Assembly: GCF_009834535.1 (NCBI RefSeq)
Contig: NC_045707.1
Coordinates: 57,786,001 to 57,850,000 of the forward strand
DNA length: 64,000 nucleotides
Direction: 5' to 3'
From: Camelus ferus
Lineage: Eukaryota
Below, one piece after another: positions 1-12,263 of this stretch. The notes beneath the pieces are model-generated. The model was given only the letters and a program-made list of their open reading frames with translations. It did no database searches and was not told the origin of the DNA. Position numbers and translations under genes: made by a program. How positions within the stretch are numbered: position 1 is the first letter of the stretch; each line of letters begins with the position of its first letter.

Positions 1-58
1 CTGGGCTTTTAAAACATTAGATACATCTAAATATTTTAATTAGTTAAGATATCCTTAC

Positions 59-160
59 CACAGTAATACTGAGGACAACAGAAGTGTGTAGTATTAAGAT
101 CCACAGTGAGAAATTCTCCATCAGCACATAGTGGAATAGGTTCAGTGCAAGATTTACAAG
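59..160 (-). CDS. OTOGL: OTOGL exon (102 nt, phase 1-1): CKSCTEPIPLCADGEFLTVDLNTTHFCCPQYYC
   Basis: cctttag|CTTGTA...TACTGTG|gtaagg. Confidence 0.95.
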
Positions 161-1535
161 CTAAAGGTGAAACGAAAAGGCAGAAGTCACAGCTGAGCTA
201 AAAACAAACTAATTGTCAGTTCATATTCCTGTACACATATAAAGTCAAAACAGAATACATTAAGTTTACCAAAATAGGAAACAAGGAAAATAAAGATTTA
301 ATAGAAAACAGATCTCCTTACTTGGTCATAAAAACAACAATACTATCTGAGTGTATTGTTTTATTCCTCCCCAAGCACAGTGACATAGAAGAACCATCTC
401 ACCAGAAATGTAGGACACTCAGGAGTAATTTGTTCTTACTAGAATCAAAATACCATGGATTTACTTATTGAAGTTTTCTTAATTCATTACTCTTGATTAC
501 TCCAATATATGGATGAACAATACAGTAGGTGCCTGTTCTTCTGAGCTCTTCATCATCCCCTTCCCAACTTTGAGAACAACTCTTAATGAGCTTGAGAAAA
601 TGCCCCACACATGCAGTCTTAGAGTAACTCTTAATAAGGGTACCTCATTCTTCCCAGGCCTCTGTGTAGGAAAAACCCACTTTAGATGAATCAGAATCTC
701 TTTGTATAGCACTCGAATCATGAATAGAGGCACCAAAACAGGCAATGGATGTTGCTGACTCAATCATTAGTGACTGCCACCTAGAGCAGTGGGTTTCTCT
801 CTTTTCCAGGGCTTGGCTGTTCTGCTTCGTCTTGATCCTACAAAATCCTGATCCCTCAATCCTCCCAGTAATTGGCTGTGCTTCAGCTAGCCAGAATCAA
901 TCACTGGTTGCCACCTGCAGTCAAAGAACCTTAACTGGTACAGAAAGAAGTGCTTTGATCTTCACAGGTACATCTGAAACCTACACTAATCACCAGTCTT
1001 TGAAATGATAATTCTTCAATGACATGGAAAAGAGAGAATTATTTATTTTTCAAAGTCCACTTCATCAGACAGAATACACAGCCCCAAATACAGTCACTTC
1101 CCAGGCACCTATCATTTCTACCATTCTCTTTCTAGATCATCATGCTCACACAGGGTATGCAGGAGACGAAGTTTTAAAGAGATACTCTGCTTAGCAGAGT
1201 CCTTTATTTAGTTGCTTCTTCCAGAAAAGCCAGGGCTAAATTTTTCTCCAAAAAGAACTAGGTGCTTGCCTTATTCAAAAAAAAAAACCTTGATGATATT
1301 ATCTTGATCATATTTTGACTGACATAGTCTTTGTCAATAGCAGGAAAGAGTACTAAATGTAATAATGTCAAGAATCATTTAAAATGCTGTACTTTCTTTC
1401 CTACCATTTTTATTCAGTTGAATTGTATGTAAGCAGAGTGTAGGTTACCATGAGTCCCACAAAATTCACATCAAATAAGAGCTTTTCCCTAGATCCTCCC
1501 TCTCCTTCCAAGAAATGATCTCACAGAACACTCAC

Positions 1536-1643
1536 TACAGAGAGGAGAAAAACAGCAAGGCTCTTCCTGTTGAACTTGAATCATGAATTGGTCTTCTCTG
1601 CAGCCTGGCATTGAAATATTTGGGCAATTGAATGGGTCACATT
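1536..1643 (-). CDS. OTOGL: OTOGL exon (108 nt, phase 1-1): CDPFNCPNISMPGCREDQFMIQVQQEEPCCFSPLC
   Basis: ttggcag|AATGTG...CTCTGTA|gtgagt. Confidence 0.95.
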
Positions 1644-2238
1644 CTGCCAAAACACAAAGATATTTGGAAATTTGTATAGGGTGAGATGATAAATAAATGA
1701 AATTGTGTTTCAGTTCTCTTTGAATTTACTGATTTCTTAGCTCATTTTAGAAATCTTAATCTTAGCAGAAATATATAGGAAACAGCAGGTTATTTATATA
1801 TAAAATATATATTTTTTACATATAAAATATAAACACATGTAAATATACATTTTAAATATATACAACCTTCTATTAATCATATATATGTATATATCCTGCT
1901 ATAAAATCTTAGCAGAAATATATAGGAATGGCAAATTATTTATATTTAAAATATGTAAATATATCCACTTAAAATACATATTTCCACTAAAATTAAGATC
2001 TTTAAAATGAGTCAATTATATACAACATATATTTATATAATATATAAATTTGAAGTTTATATATATACATATTTATAAAGAAATTGCAGGTTTAAAAAAC
2101 AATATCTTTAGCAAGACAGCTAGGTAGATGATCTTTTATAGTAAATCATTTCCTTGTAGACTCAAAGAATGAGAATCTAATCTGCTATTGTAAATGAACA
2201 ATGAACCTCATTCTTACTTTTCCTAATTAACTACTCAC

Positions 2239-2343
2239 CGCATTGGTACTGTGGACAGCAAGAGAGAGGGCTATGGCCAACAATCAATTTTTGACTGTTC
2301 GTACATGTCGGAATGGTAGTTTCACACAAGGTCATGTCACATC
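2239..2343 (-). CDS. OTOGL: OTOGL exon (105 nt, phase 1-1): CDMTLCETTIPTCTNSQKLIVGHSPLSCCPQYQC
   Basis: ttttcag|GATGTG...CAATGCG|gtgagt. Confidence 0.96.
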
Positions 2344-2829
2344 CTGAAAATAAACAGAAACATTAAAAAATTTGTGACCGCAACTAAAATCCTGTGGTTC
2401 TAACTCAAAGCAGGGATATGATTCTCACTAGGCATGTTTTTACACTGCAATTAAACCCATTCAGCTCACAGAATTGTCATATGTGAAAAGGCAACAGATT
2501 TAAGGTTTATCTATCATTATTGTATTTGACCCTAAACTGTCATAAGTCAAAGATTCCCAGATCCTTTATCTTGTCATGTATTTCTTAATATTATTAATTG
2601 ATAATAGCCAGGGTTTTTGCATACCTATTTGCAAAATCAATAAAACTATGGTGAGGTAAAATTTGCTTTGAGAAAGTGTATGTGACATTTACAGCAATAC
2701 TTTCATTGTTACTTCAACCTGTACATTTTTTTTCACACCAAGCATCATGCATGCGCTGCTTTTTCACAAAGAATATCAACATACTTTGTGGCATTAACTG
2801 ACTGCTAAGGCTTCAGCCTGCATACGTAC

Positions 2830-3042
2830 TGCAAACTTTCTTTGAACAGCAGGTCCACTTATCGATGAAGCCCAGGACAACCTCAGCTTCTCGTTCACAG
2901 ATGGGCAAGGGCTCTTCATCGCAGTCAGGTTCTATGGGAATAATGCTTCCATTCTCCAAACATTTGTACAGAGCACATTCGTCGATGCACCCATTCCAAA
3001 TCTCCCCAGCAGTCCGAGGCTGGTCTTCACTATCAGTGCATG
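2830..3042 (-). CDS. OTOGL: OTOGL exon (213 nt, phase 1-1), vWC-like: CTDSEDQPRTAGEIWNGCIDEC...DKWTCCSKKVC
   Basis: ttttttaag|CATGCA...GTTTGCA|gtacgt; this donor keeps the frame with the next exon. Confidence 0.93.
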
Positions 3043-3247
3043 CTTAAAAAAATGGACAGTGTTACATCATTTAGAACCTGGGCACTAAAATAAATCAAGC
3101 TGTAATGTTGATTTCAGACTGTGACTTGGCCCAGCAACACACATAACATGTCACATTAACTACCCTTTCTCAGGTTCCTCTTTTCATTTGTCAGCTTCTA
3201 GCTTACATTTTTCTTTAATAAAAATTAAAACAGATTTTTAAAATTTA

Positions 3248-3399
3248 TTTTTTGGGGAGGGGGAGGTAATTAGGTAGGTAGATATTTATTTATTTGTTTG
3301 TTTGTTTGTTTGTTTGTTTATTGATGGAGGTCCTGGAGGTTGAACCTACAACCTCATGCATGCTAAACACATACCTTGCCATTCAGCTAGACCCTGCCC
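3248..3399 (-). mobile_element. tRNA-derived camelid-type SINE (vic-1-like) with an (AAAC)n/(AAAT)n tail
   Basis: The minus strand reads GGGCAGGGTCTAGCTGAATGG...TAGCATGCATGAGG..GGTTCAACC..CCAGGACCTCC (A-box/B-box-like), then an A-rich repeat and CCTAATTACCTCCCCC. This resembles my recollection of the camelid SINE. Confidence 0.8.
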
Positions 3400-4650
3400 T
3401 CAATGAAATTTTTGATGTAGTCCACAGGAAATATTTTCCCCTTCTACAGCGATCTATAAATTTGCATGTCCTCTTCTACAAATAAAATGATTTATTAATT
3501 ACTTTTTATTCATCTCAAGTCTTGTTAATATGATTTATTTAGCTTGAACAAACTCAGCAACATAAATTTAAATAAGTTTTAAAAAATTAACTGTTAAAAC
3601 TGAGTTATACTAGAAAACAAAGTAGTTTCTACCTCACATTAACACGTTTGCCTTATCAAAATTTAAAACATTTCAGCTTTAAAATCTAAACATGGAAAGG
3701 AGACAATCAAGCAAAATATTCAGTGACTATTAGTTTTATTATGAAAGTTTTACCTAATGATAAATATGGCCCTCTTGTGGTTCTTTTAAGGAATAATAAA
3801 GATAAATGTAGTAACCATCATATTCCCAGCCTCCAACAAACTTCTCTTACATTATTCTATTTACTACCAAACCAATCTCATAGGTCCCTAAAAACAAATG
3901 TAAGCATGCCTGTGTATTCTCAGTCTTTCACAAACACTTTCTTCAATGGCAAAGACAAATTTGTTTCTGAAACTATACAGGCACTTCACTTCTATTCGCC
4001 TTTCCCTTTAATTATTAGCTTTAATTCTGACCCTAACGACGAGCCCTATGATGGATAAAGCACTATACTGCAATTTTCTCAATTTCACACTTCTTTAATT
4101 TGCAACCACCATGGAGACAATATGTCAGAATAAAATGGTTTGAAAATGAAAATAGAAATATTCAGTGTTTCCTCCGAGAAAATAATGTTTCCTGACATTT
4201 TTTGAGTGCTTATTTTTCTCTAGGCACTGTTGCAAAATTCTTCGTATTATTTTACATATCCCCACGCTAACCTTGTGGGGTAAGTGCTATTATTTTCTTC
4301 ATTTTGCAGATGCATGACCTCAGGCTTACAGAGGTAAAGCTGAATCATTAATACATGACATAACTGGAGTTCCAGTTCAGTCCACATACTACGCTCTTAA
4401 TTCTTAACTGGCCGTATTCTTTGCCAGTTATTACAGGCATGAGCAGAGATGAAAACACATCACCACTGAAGCTCCCAATTTTGATAACTTCAACTGAAAT
4501 CATATTAAAACAGACTACAAACTCATTTCCTTTCCAACACCCAGGTGACCTTTGATCAACCTTTCTCAGCACATCTCTTCAAGATTTAAAAAAGTTTCAT
4601 TGGTTTATTTGCTGAATCCCTAAGACATCATTTTGTACTTTGCCGCTTAC

Positions 4651-4836
4651 CACATTTTTCCTCTGGAATGCACTGGGCTGAATCTGGCCTGTGAAGAATG
4701 GTTCCATTTTTGCACACACAGTCTTCTCTCAAATTCAGACATGAAAAGTGTCCGTAGAACCATCTGTTCAGACATGTTCTTGCTTCACAAGGTCTCACAC
4801 AGGGTTGATATTCTTTCCCCTCTGGGCAACTCAGAG
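4651..4836 (-). CDS. OTOGL: OTOGL exon (186 nt, phase 1-1), TIL: LSCPEGKEYQPCVRPC...AQCIPEEKC
   Basis: ttcatag|CTCTGA...AAATGTG|gtaagc; overlaps ORF 4628..4954. Confidence 0.97.
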
Positions 4837-5374
4837 CTATGAATAATAGAGGACAGAATTTGCTGATGATAAAAGAAATTCTAGTAAAAGGAAGAGATGT
4901 CAGTTTTGTTTCTGAAAATGAATTTTGCACATTTTCAGTCTCCTCAAAGTCCATTTTTCATTTATTATGTAACTATAAATCAGAAATAAAGCAATCCATG
5001 GGTATTTTTGAGCATCTTCCAGGTTTCCAGCTAGTATTTTATGTGACAGTAGGAAAAGCTCATCTGATTTATATCAAATAAATATGATCAACAGGCAGCC
5101 AAATTTAGTTGGCATAAGTATGGAGTCCACTTTTATGAAGTTACTGCTCTGTGCCGTGGGAGGAGATACAATGGTCTATTCAGAATAAGCACAGAAATAC
5201 ATTTTAAATATGCAGTTCAACCAAGTCATTAAAAAATGCTACTTGTTTAGGTTTACTTCTTCACTGTCAAAAAAACCCCACCACTGCTGAGCAGTTTCTA
5301 AATGATGTTTCAGAAAATCCTTGTTGATTTTCAGTGATCTTAAAAACTCACACTAGAACTCATAGGCTAAAGGA

Positions 5375-6010
5375 AGGATTCCAAAATGGCTCTTGCCAGC
5401 ACCAGTGTTATCGCAGTAGAATGAGCTCCCCAAAAGGGCTGCCACCAGCATCTCCATCTCCTTGGGGAGTCCCACTTGCCTCCTGCTTCTCCAAGATGCT
5501 CTCCAAGATCAGCAAGTGGTTCTGACCCAGGGTCCTTTCCAACTACCTCCTTTGCTCTGGGACGTGGAGCATGGGAGTTTTTGTGCATGCCCTGTAACAG
5601 CAGAGTCTCTGTTTCCTACTGCCCCCCAGCTCTCCCAAATACAAACTTTGCTGGTTTTCTAAACCAGAAGTTCTGGGAACTCATCTTCCTAGAGCACGAC
5701 TTTCAGGCTGGAGAGCCTGATGTGGGGCTTAGACCCCTCATTTCTCAGGAAGGACATCTACAACTGTGGTATACCTCCTGTTTGTGGGTTATTAACCTGG
5801 GGGTGTGGATCCTGACTACACCACATCTCCGCCCCTCCTACCCATCTTGGTGTTGTTGCTCCTTCTTTATGACTTTAATCGTGGAAAAGCTTTTCTGCTA
5901 GTCTTCAGGCCATTCTCATAGATAGTTGCCCTGTAAGTAATTGTAATTTTGGTGTGTCTATTGGAGGAGTCAAGTTTGGAGTCTTCCTACTTCACCTACT
6001 TGGCCAACTC
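5375..6010 (-). mobile_element. LINE-1 5' UTR fragment (laurasiatherian/artiodactyl type)
   Basis: The minus strand begins ...CAAGTAGGTGAAGTAGGAAGACTCCAAACTTGACTCCTCC...GACACACCAAAATTACAA...GAAGACTAGCAGAAAAG, resembling recalled L1 5' ends. It is GC-richer than its flanks. Confidence 0.7.
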
Positions 6011-6117
6011 CCTTACTTTAAATTTATACCAGGGTAAAAACAGAAGTTGCTTATGTAGGACAGCTGACCTCTAACTATATTCATTTTCATTTTATTCTTA
6101 GAAAATTATCTTGTAAT

Positions 6118-6156
6118 GAAAAGAAAAAGAAAAAGAAAAAGAAAAAGAAAAAGAAA
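6118..6156 (+). repeat. (GAAAAA)n simple repeat
   Basis: Directly visible. Confidence 0.9.
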
Positions 6157-6215
6157 GGAGCAAATGCAAAAAAACCTGGAATGTTGGAAAATATTATTTG
6201 AAGTGTACTACTTAC

Positions 6216-6357
6216 CGCAGTAATCAGGTGTTCTCCAAGGAATACAAATGTCAAACATGTTGCACAGAGCCACATACGCAGAAAGGGCATCACACTCATA
6301 GTTCCAAAAATAGGTATAATTGATCCACATCTTTTCACAAAAGTTCTGTGGTGAAAC
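6216..6357 (-). CDS. OTOGL: OTOGL exon (142 nt, phase 0-1), C8-like: VSPQNFCEKMWINYTYFWNYECDALSAYVALCNMFDICIPWRTPDYC
   Basis: tctctag|GTTTCA...TACTGCG|gtaagt. Confidence 0.96.
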
Positions 6358-7129
6358 CTAGAGATACATTGTCCCTTAGAATAAGTTAGGTTGTTTTTTT
6401 CTCTGAAGGCCCTAAAATAGACTCAAACCATTTTGAGGATTAAAGATAACAAATTAATACTCATTATGGTTCCTCTTCAGCCTCAGATTTTCAAAGCTTC
6501 ATAATATTAGATGTCACTTCTGAATTTATCATTTTTAAACACACATTTTTAGATAACTATTGTCTGTACTAAACTCCATAAACCCATCTTATAAAGATGG
6601 AAAAGAAACAGAGTATGTGGACCTAGAAAAAAAATCTACATTTTTAGATTTTAGATTACAATCCTCTTTTCTATATACTGAATAAGACCTTTACCTATTA
6701 CAGAGAAAATTAGAAGCTTATAAAGGTTTCTGTAATGATACATGGCACTGCTCATTAAATGAGGTTATAAATGTTTCCAGAAAAATGTGTATTAATATTG
6801 AATGTTGGTCAAATCATTTATATAATTTGACATGGCTCAGTTTAATTAGACTCATTTTTTTTTCCTACAGATTATGATTCATTTTGATCTAGAGATACCT
6901 GAAATCTCAATAATTTAACTTGTACTGACATTTACTCCAATTTTTCTCCCTACTCATTTATTCAGCAAACACATTAAGCATCCATATTCAGATGCTAAAT
7001 TCAGACACAGGTCAAAGTGTCAGGTAAAAATACTATTTTTCATATCCCATCATTTCTTCTCCAAGGTCTGTATCTATAAAAACCAAGATTCTACTTCCTT
7101 TTTAGTCTCCTTCATTGAATCTCCTCAGT

Positions 7130-8290
7130 TTCCAATCATTTTATTTGCATGGAGTACTTGCTGTGATCATCAAGAGCCTCCCACGTTGTCAAATCCAGGG
7201 GACACCGTGATATTCTGAACCCTCCTCCACCTCTCAGAGGCCTGTGATGCCATGCATGCTCCCTGTTTCTTAAAACCCTCTCCTTTGACTTTGAAAGTAC
7301 CACACTCTGGTACCTTTCCTTCTGGTCACTGCTGTCTTTTCTTCCTCCTTCTAGTTCTGATTGTCTGTCTAGACCCCATCCTCAGTGGTCGTGTCTACCT
7401 ACTATACTGCTCTTACTGGACTCACCCGTTCCCACAGTTTCTACCGCCATCTTGAGCATTTACATCTTTGTGTCAGCTTCTTCACATGTTAAATAGAGTT
7501 AATAATAAACCTACTACTACTGGAGATGGCTGTGAGCTAATATAGGGAAAGTGTAAAAAGCAGACTCTGGCACATCATTCATGAGTTACTGCTATTTTTT
7601 AAAACTCCACATATTAATAACTACCTCAACCTGATCTCTGGCCTCAACTGGTCTCCTCTGAGATCTACAATATATTTCTAAGTTTTTTTTTTTTCCTGGG
7701 TATTTAACTTTGATGTCCCACATGATTTAATTTGTCCAATATGAAAAATTATATCCCTTCTCTACGTAACCCACAATAGCTGATCCTCCTTCCATCCATT
7801 CATTTACACATCCTTTCATCATTTATTGAGCACCTAACTACACATCAGGCACCATGTTATGCATAAGGCATATAAAGGTGAATAAAACAGAACTGCTCTC
7901 TGCTTTGTGGATCTCATTGTTAAATCCTTTGTGTAGAATCAAGAGGAGTCACCATGCTAAAATAGATCAGAGGAAAGAAGTATTCTAGCTTAGGGCCCTG
8001 ACAGCATGAAAGCCCCAAAACCTTGAAATGGTGAAATAGTTGAACGGAGACTAGAATGCCTGGGGCGTACCAGCAAGAAAAGGGCAGCATGAGAGGCAGG
8101 CAGAAGAGTAGGCGGGCCAAAGCACGAAGGACCTTGTAAGCCCTAAGAAGTTTAGAATTTGCTCTAAGAGTTAGTGAAAGACACTGAAGGATTTTAGGTA
8201 GAGAAATAATACAAGTCTATTTCCATTTATAAAAGATCATCTGCCTGATCTGTGGAGATTCACACATGAGGATGAAGATTAGAAGTGGGA
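7130..8290. mobile_element. Cluster of degenerate L2/MIR fragments
   Basis: L2-type motifs such as catttattgagcaccta..caggcac and ggattttagg..tccatttataaaagatcatctg. Confidence 0.55.
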
Positions 8291-9650
8291 ACACCAAGTG
8301 ACAAGCATTCCCTACTTTTGCCATCAGATTCACCAGGAAGTTCCTAGGGTAAATCTGGGGCCATCACAGACTAAATGGTACCCTGTGTTGCCTCACGATG
8401 CCTTGAATAGTCAAGCTGAAAAGTCTCCTGGCTTAACAAACGTTCTAAATTCCCAGTTAAAAATGTAAAAAGACAGATTACCAGATACCAAAATGACTTA
8501 AAAAGTATTTACTCTTTTTTTCATTTTTATATGCCTGCATTTTTAAACAAAAACATTTAAAATGTTTTGCCTGCAAATCTCTAGGTAAAACTGAAGCTCC
8601 TGAGAGATGTGCCATTTGTATTCCATGACTTCACGTCCTTTGCCTTTTCCCTCAGGGAACTCACAGGGCAGGGTGAGAACTCTGGGGTCTACACTCGGTG
8701 GTCCAGCACGGGAGGCCCAGCGCAGTGAACTCCTCGTGCTTTGACAGCGCACTCACTCTCCTTCCCAGACTCTTCCCCTCCAGAAGTCTTGCACTGAACT
8801 ATTTCAGTGTTGCCCTAACTCGGCCTTTCACAGCAAACTTACTCTTGCACATATTGTTTTCTTTGCTAAGGTTTCCCTCCCTTCCTCCCTTTTTTCTCCT
8901 GGCAAACTCATCCTTCTAAATAATCCAAATGTCTAGCATTCTGGGAACTCTTCTCCCAACTTGGGCTCTTACACACCTCCGAATTGTATATCTTGATGAA
9001 TCTGTTCACAAGCTTGCCTTCCCTCTTGACACTTCGATGGGAAGGAGAGGGTCTTACTCATCTTTGTATCACAGGAGTTTAACACCGTGCCTAGTAGGTG
9101 CTTGATGCTGACTAAGTTTCCAACTAATAATTCACGACATGCTGTATTTGTCTGTCCTTTGTCTCTAACAACAGATCTTTCTTTAATGATCCAGATTATT
9201 TAAACTATTTACCAGTCGTCACCTAAACGCAGAAAATTCGAGACTAATACAGAACTATTAAATTGAATATGTGACAGTTTCTATTGCAAGTATATACCCA
9301 AGAGGCCAGGAATTCATTAAAGCCTCGCTGTCTTGGTTTCTATAACTGGGTTATCAAGTGGCATTGATCTCTTTCTCCTAGAGGCATTTTCTCAGAGGAC
9401 ACAGTCTCATTTTTCTTGAAAGCTTGTAGATATAGTTTGGGGAAAAAAAAAAGGGAAAAAAGAAAATTATCCTTCCTGTTCTGTAGGTCTATAAACAGTA
9501 AATGATTTTGAATTCCAAAGCAACTGACAGAAGGTTTGGGGATAAACTATTCTCAGTAGAAGAACATCATGGCAGGAACAAGAATGCGTTGGCTTTTACT
9601 CTCAACATGTCTAACGTGACAGTTCTTATTTATGGTTGCTTTCAACTTAC

Positions 9651-9865
9651 TTTATCATGGCATGGGATGAAAACCCTTCTGTTTAATAACTCAATGCAGT
9701 CACTGCAGTTGTGCTCAGTACAGTTTCTAACGGGCCGTCTCACTGTGACTTCAAATGATTTCTCAATTTCCCAGCTCTCAATAAATAATTCTATGTCTTC
9801 CATATTCGTAATGATTGTGCCATTTTGCATCCTTAGATCATCATCTGGATCTTCATTGCAAATTC
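9651..9865 (-). CDS. OTOGL: OTOGL exon (215 nt, phase 1-0): ICNEDPDDDLRMQNGT...RRVFIPCHDK
   Basis: tttttag|GAATTT...GATAAA|gtaagt; overlaps ORF 9642..9884. Confidence 0.97.
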
Positions 9866-10189
9866 CTAAAAAGATGTGTGACATTTAGAAGGAAAAATTT
9901 TTTTCTCTTAAACCAATAAAGGCAGCAGAAATAAATCATTTCAATAACTGATTTTAAATGAATAAATTATTTACTGAATAAGGTGCCAACTTTATGTCCT
10001 TTGACTTAAATGTTGATGGATTTTTTTTCTAATGAGATAGGAAAGAAACCATGATCCTAGAAGTCAAGATGTGTGAAAAGATCATAGAAGAACAAAGAAG
10101 AGATTGATTCTGCTTGTACACTCTTCCACTCTTACCACTATCTTGTAATTTAAGGACTAGTTCTAAAATCTGTCAAGGTATACCCCAGA

Positions 10190-10680
10190 TAGTGGACATT
10201 TGGTGATTGCCTCCTAAGCATCCATTCCCCCAGGAAAACCCTGTCTGAGAACATTAAATCCTTTCAGGAACCATGTCTGCCCCATCACCTAGCACATGAC
10301 AGCACTCAGGGAGAGGCCCCCTGACTGGCATAAGGGTACTCCTTACTCCCTTTCATTAACAACTGTTATAGGTAATCCAGGCATAAATCAGTCGTCAGTT
10401 CATGGCAGTAACCTAGACACATAGATTTGCTCAACTTTAGGACAATCATTGTCAAGCTCAGAATTTGACCTGGGAATTCCAGGACATAGATAGTCTCTCT
10501 TCCTTGGGATGACATGCCCTACTGGTGGCTATGATGGCATGATCTGCTATTGCCTCTAGCTTCCTTGAGGAAGGCCAAACTGAAGGTAGAGCTTACTATT
10601 TTAGGGCAAAGCCAAGGGAAGTACAAAGAAATGGACCTAGAACCCTGGTAATACTTTACTTGAAACCCACCCATACTTTA
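10190..10680. mobile_element. Old MaLR (MLT1-type) LTR relic
   Basis: Starts tagtggacattt..gcatccattcccc, like old MLT1 LTRs; family assignment tentative. Confidence 0.4.
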
Positions 10681-12197
10681 AGACTTAATTTTTCTTAATT
10701 CCTAAGGCTCCCAGTTATTAAAGATATGAGTTATATATTTTTTCAAGTATCAAATGACAACGTGGGACAAGTTGTCAATAGGGACCTTCCATTCTGGTCA
10801 ACTTGGGTCACACTTCTGTCCACTACAACTCTATCTGCCAGCACTCTGCTTTCCTTTTAACCAGTCACCCCTCTCCCATGGTGGAAGTCATGAAGTTTAG
10901 GAAGTGACCCTTAGTTAGCAAAAAGGTGACCCTAACCCCTTCTCCATAGTGATTAGTTAAGAATCCAGTTAGAGAGTGTCTTTCTCCATAAAAGCTTGAG
11001 CTAACAGTAAAGGAGGAAACAAACAAACATGAAAATCAAACGGAAATCACAGCACACAGAAGTGACAAATAAGAATAGAAAAAATTCATTCTTAAGGTCT
11101 CTGAGTTATTACTCAATAATAACTACTGAGTTATTATGTATACCCAATACCATGTGTACACAATAATTACTGTTTCCATAATGATAACCTCAAGTCACCA
11201 TAGAAGTTGGTGCTATGTTTAGCATGTTCTAAACAGGCAAGGAAATTATAAACCATTTTGGCCAAACTTTCTACTAAATGCTTTCCATTTTTAAAAAAGA
11301 AGGTTGGGTATTTCATGTAATTTGTTGAGGGCAAGGACTTAGTCTGTTTGTCTTGAGTTGTCAGCACCAAGCATCGTATCAGACACTCAGAAGCTGATCG
11401 ATAAACTTTTATTCAATTAACATTTAGTGAGCTTAACATAGATAAACTTGTAATAAGCTAATATGTACTGACTGTGTTAAGCAATGTGTTAAGTGTTTCA
11501 CACTTACTTTCACATTCAATTCTAACAATCTTAAAGGTAGATATTACTATTTCCATTTTAAAATAAGGAAACGGATGTTCACGTCAACATCTGTAAAGGG
11601 GGTAGCTCTGTTCCACTTTCTGACCAGTAGACAGTACCTTTCTTTTACTTTTTCTATATACCTAGAGTTAATGTACTGTGACATTAAACCTAAGGGTAAA
11701 GGTACAACTAGGCATTACACTTTATAATAAAACTAGGACTAACACTCAGAACACTGTGTTCTCTGTATATAACTTTCAAGATGACTTAACTAAGTTTTTC
11801 CTTGATTTCAAACTTAAAAAATAAGTAAGAAACAAAGTTATTTATGTCTTTAATAGTTCTATGTCTCATTTTTATCACTTATAAATTAACATTAGTGCCT
11901 ACTTATTTGGGGACCTGTTTGAATTAAATGAGATAAAAGTATGTAAAATAATGCCTGACACTCCATTAATGCTCCATAAAGATGAGCCAGTAGGGAAACA
12001 AACGGTATTGTAGTAACAGTGGGAAGCATATATTTCCATAAAATACCCAAGTCGAACTGTTATTTCTTGTTTTGTTAGCCCATTTCTGGAAAGACATTGC
12101 TTCCTTCAGTATTCACATGGGGAATGGAAAGCTAACATCACTTCTCCAACCCCAAAAGTGGGGCAGGAGGGGCTAAAGCAGTGTGATGTGAACAAAA

Positions 12198-12236
12198 AGA
12201 AGGAGTAGGAGGAGGAGCAGGAGGAGGAGGAGGAGA
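12198..12236 (+). repeat. Imperfect (GGA)n repeat
   Basis: gaaggagtaggaggaggagcaggaggaggaggaggaga. Confidence 0.85.
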
Positions 12237-12263
12237 AATAGAGATTAAAAGAGCAGTGCTCAC

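Noticed and set aside
3248..3399. tRNA-like A/B boxes
   Set aside because: Degenerate SINE head with a simple-repeat tail; no intact cloverleaf.
5334..5901. Overlapping ORFs up to 141 aa
   Set aside because: They lie inside the GC-richer L1 5' UTR relic and show no recognisable protein features.
9502..9888. 128-aa plus-strand ORF
   Set aside because: Antisense shadow of the OTOGL exon at 9651-9865.
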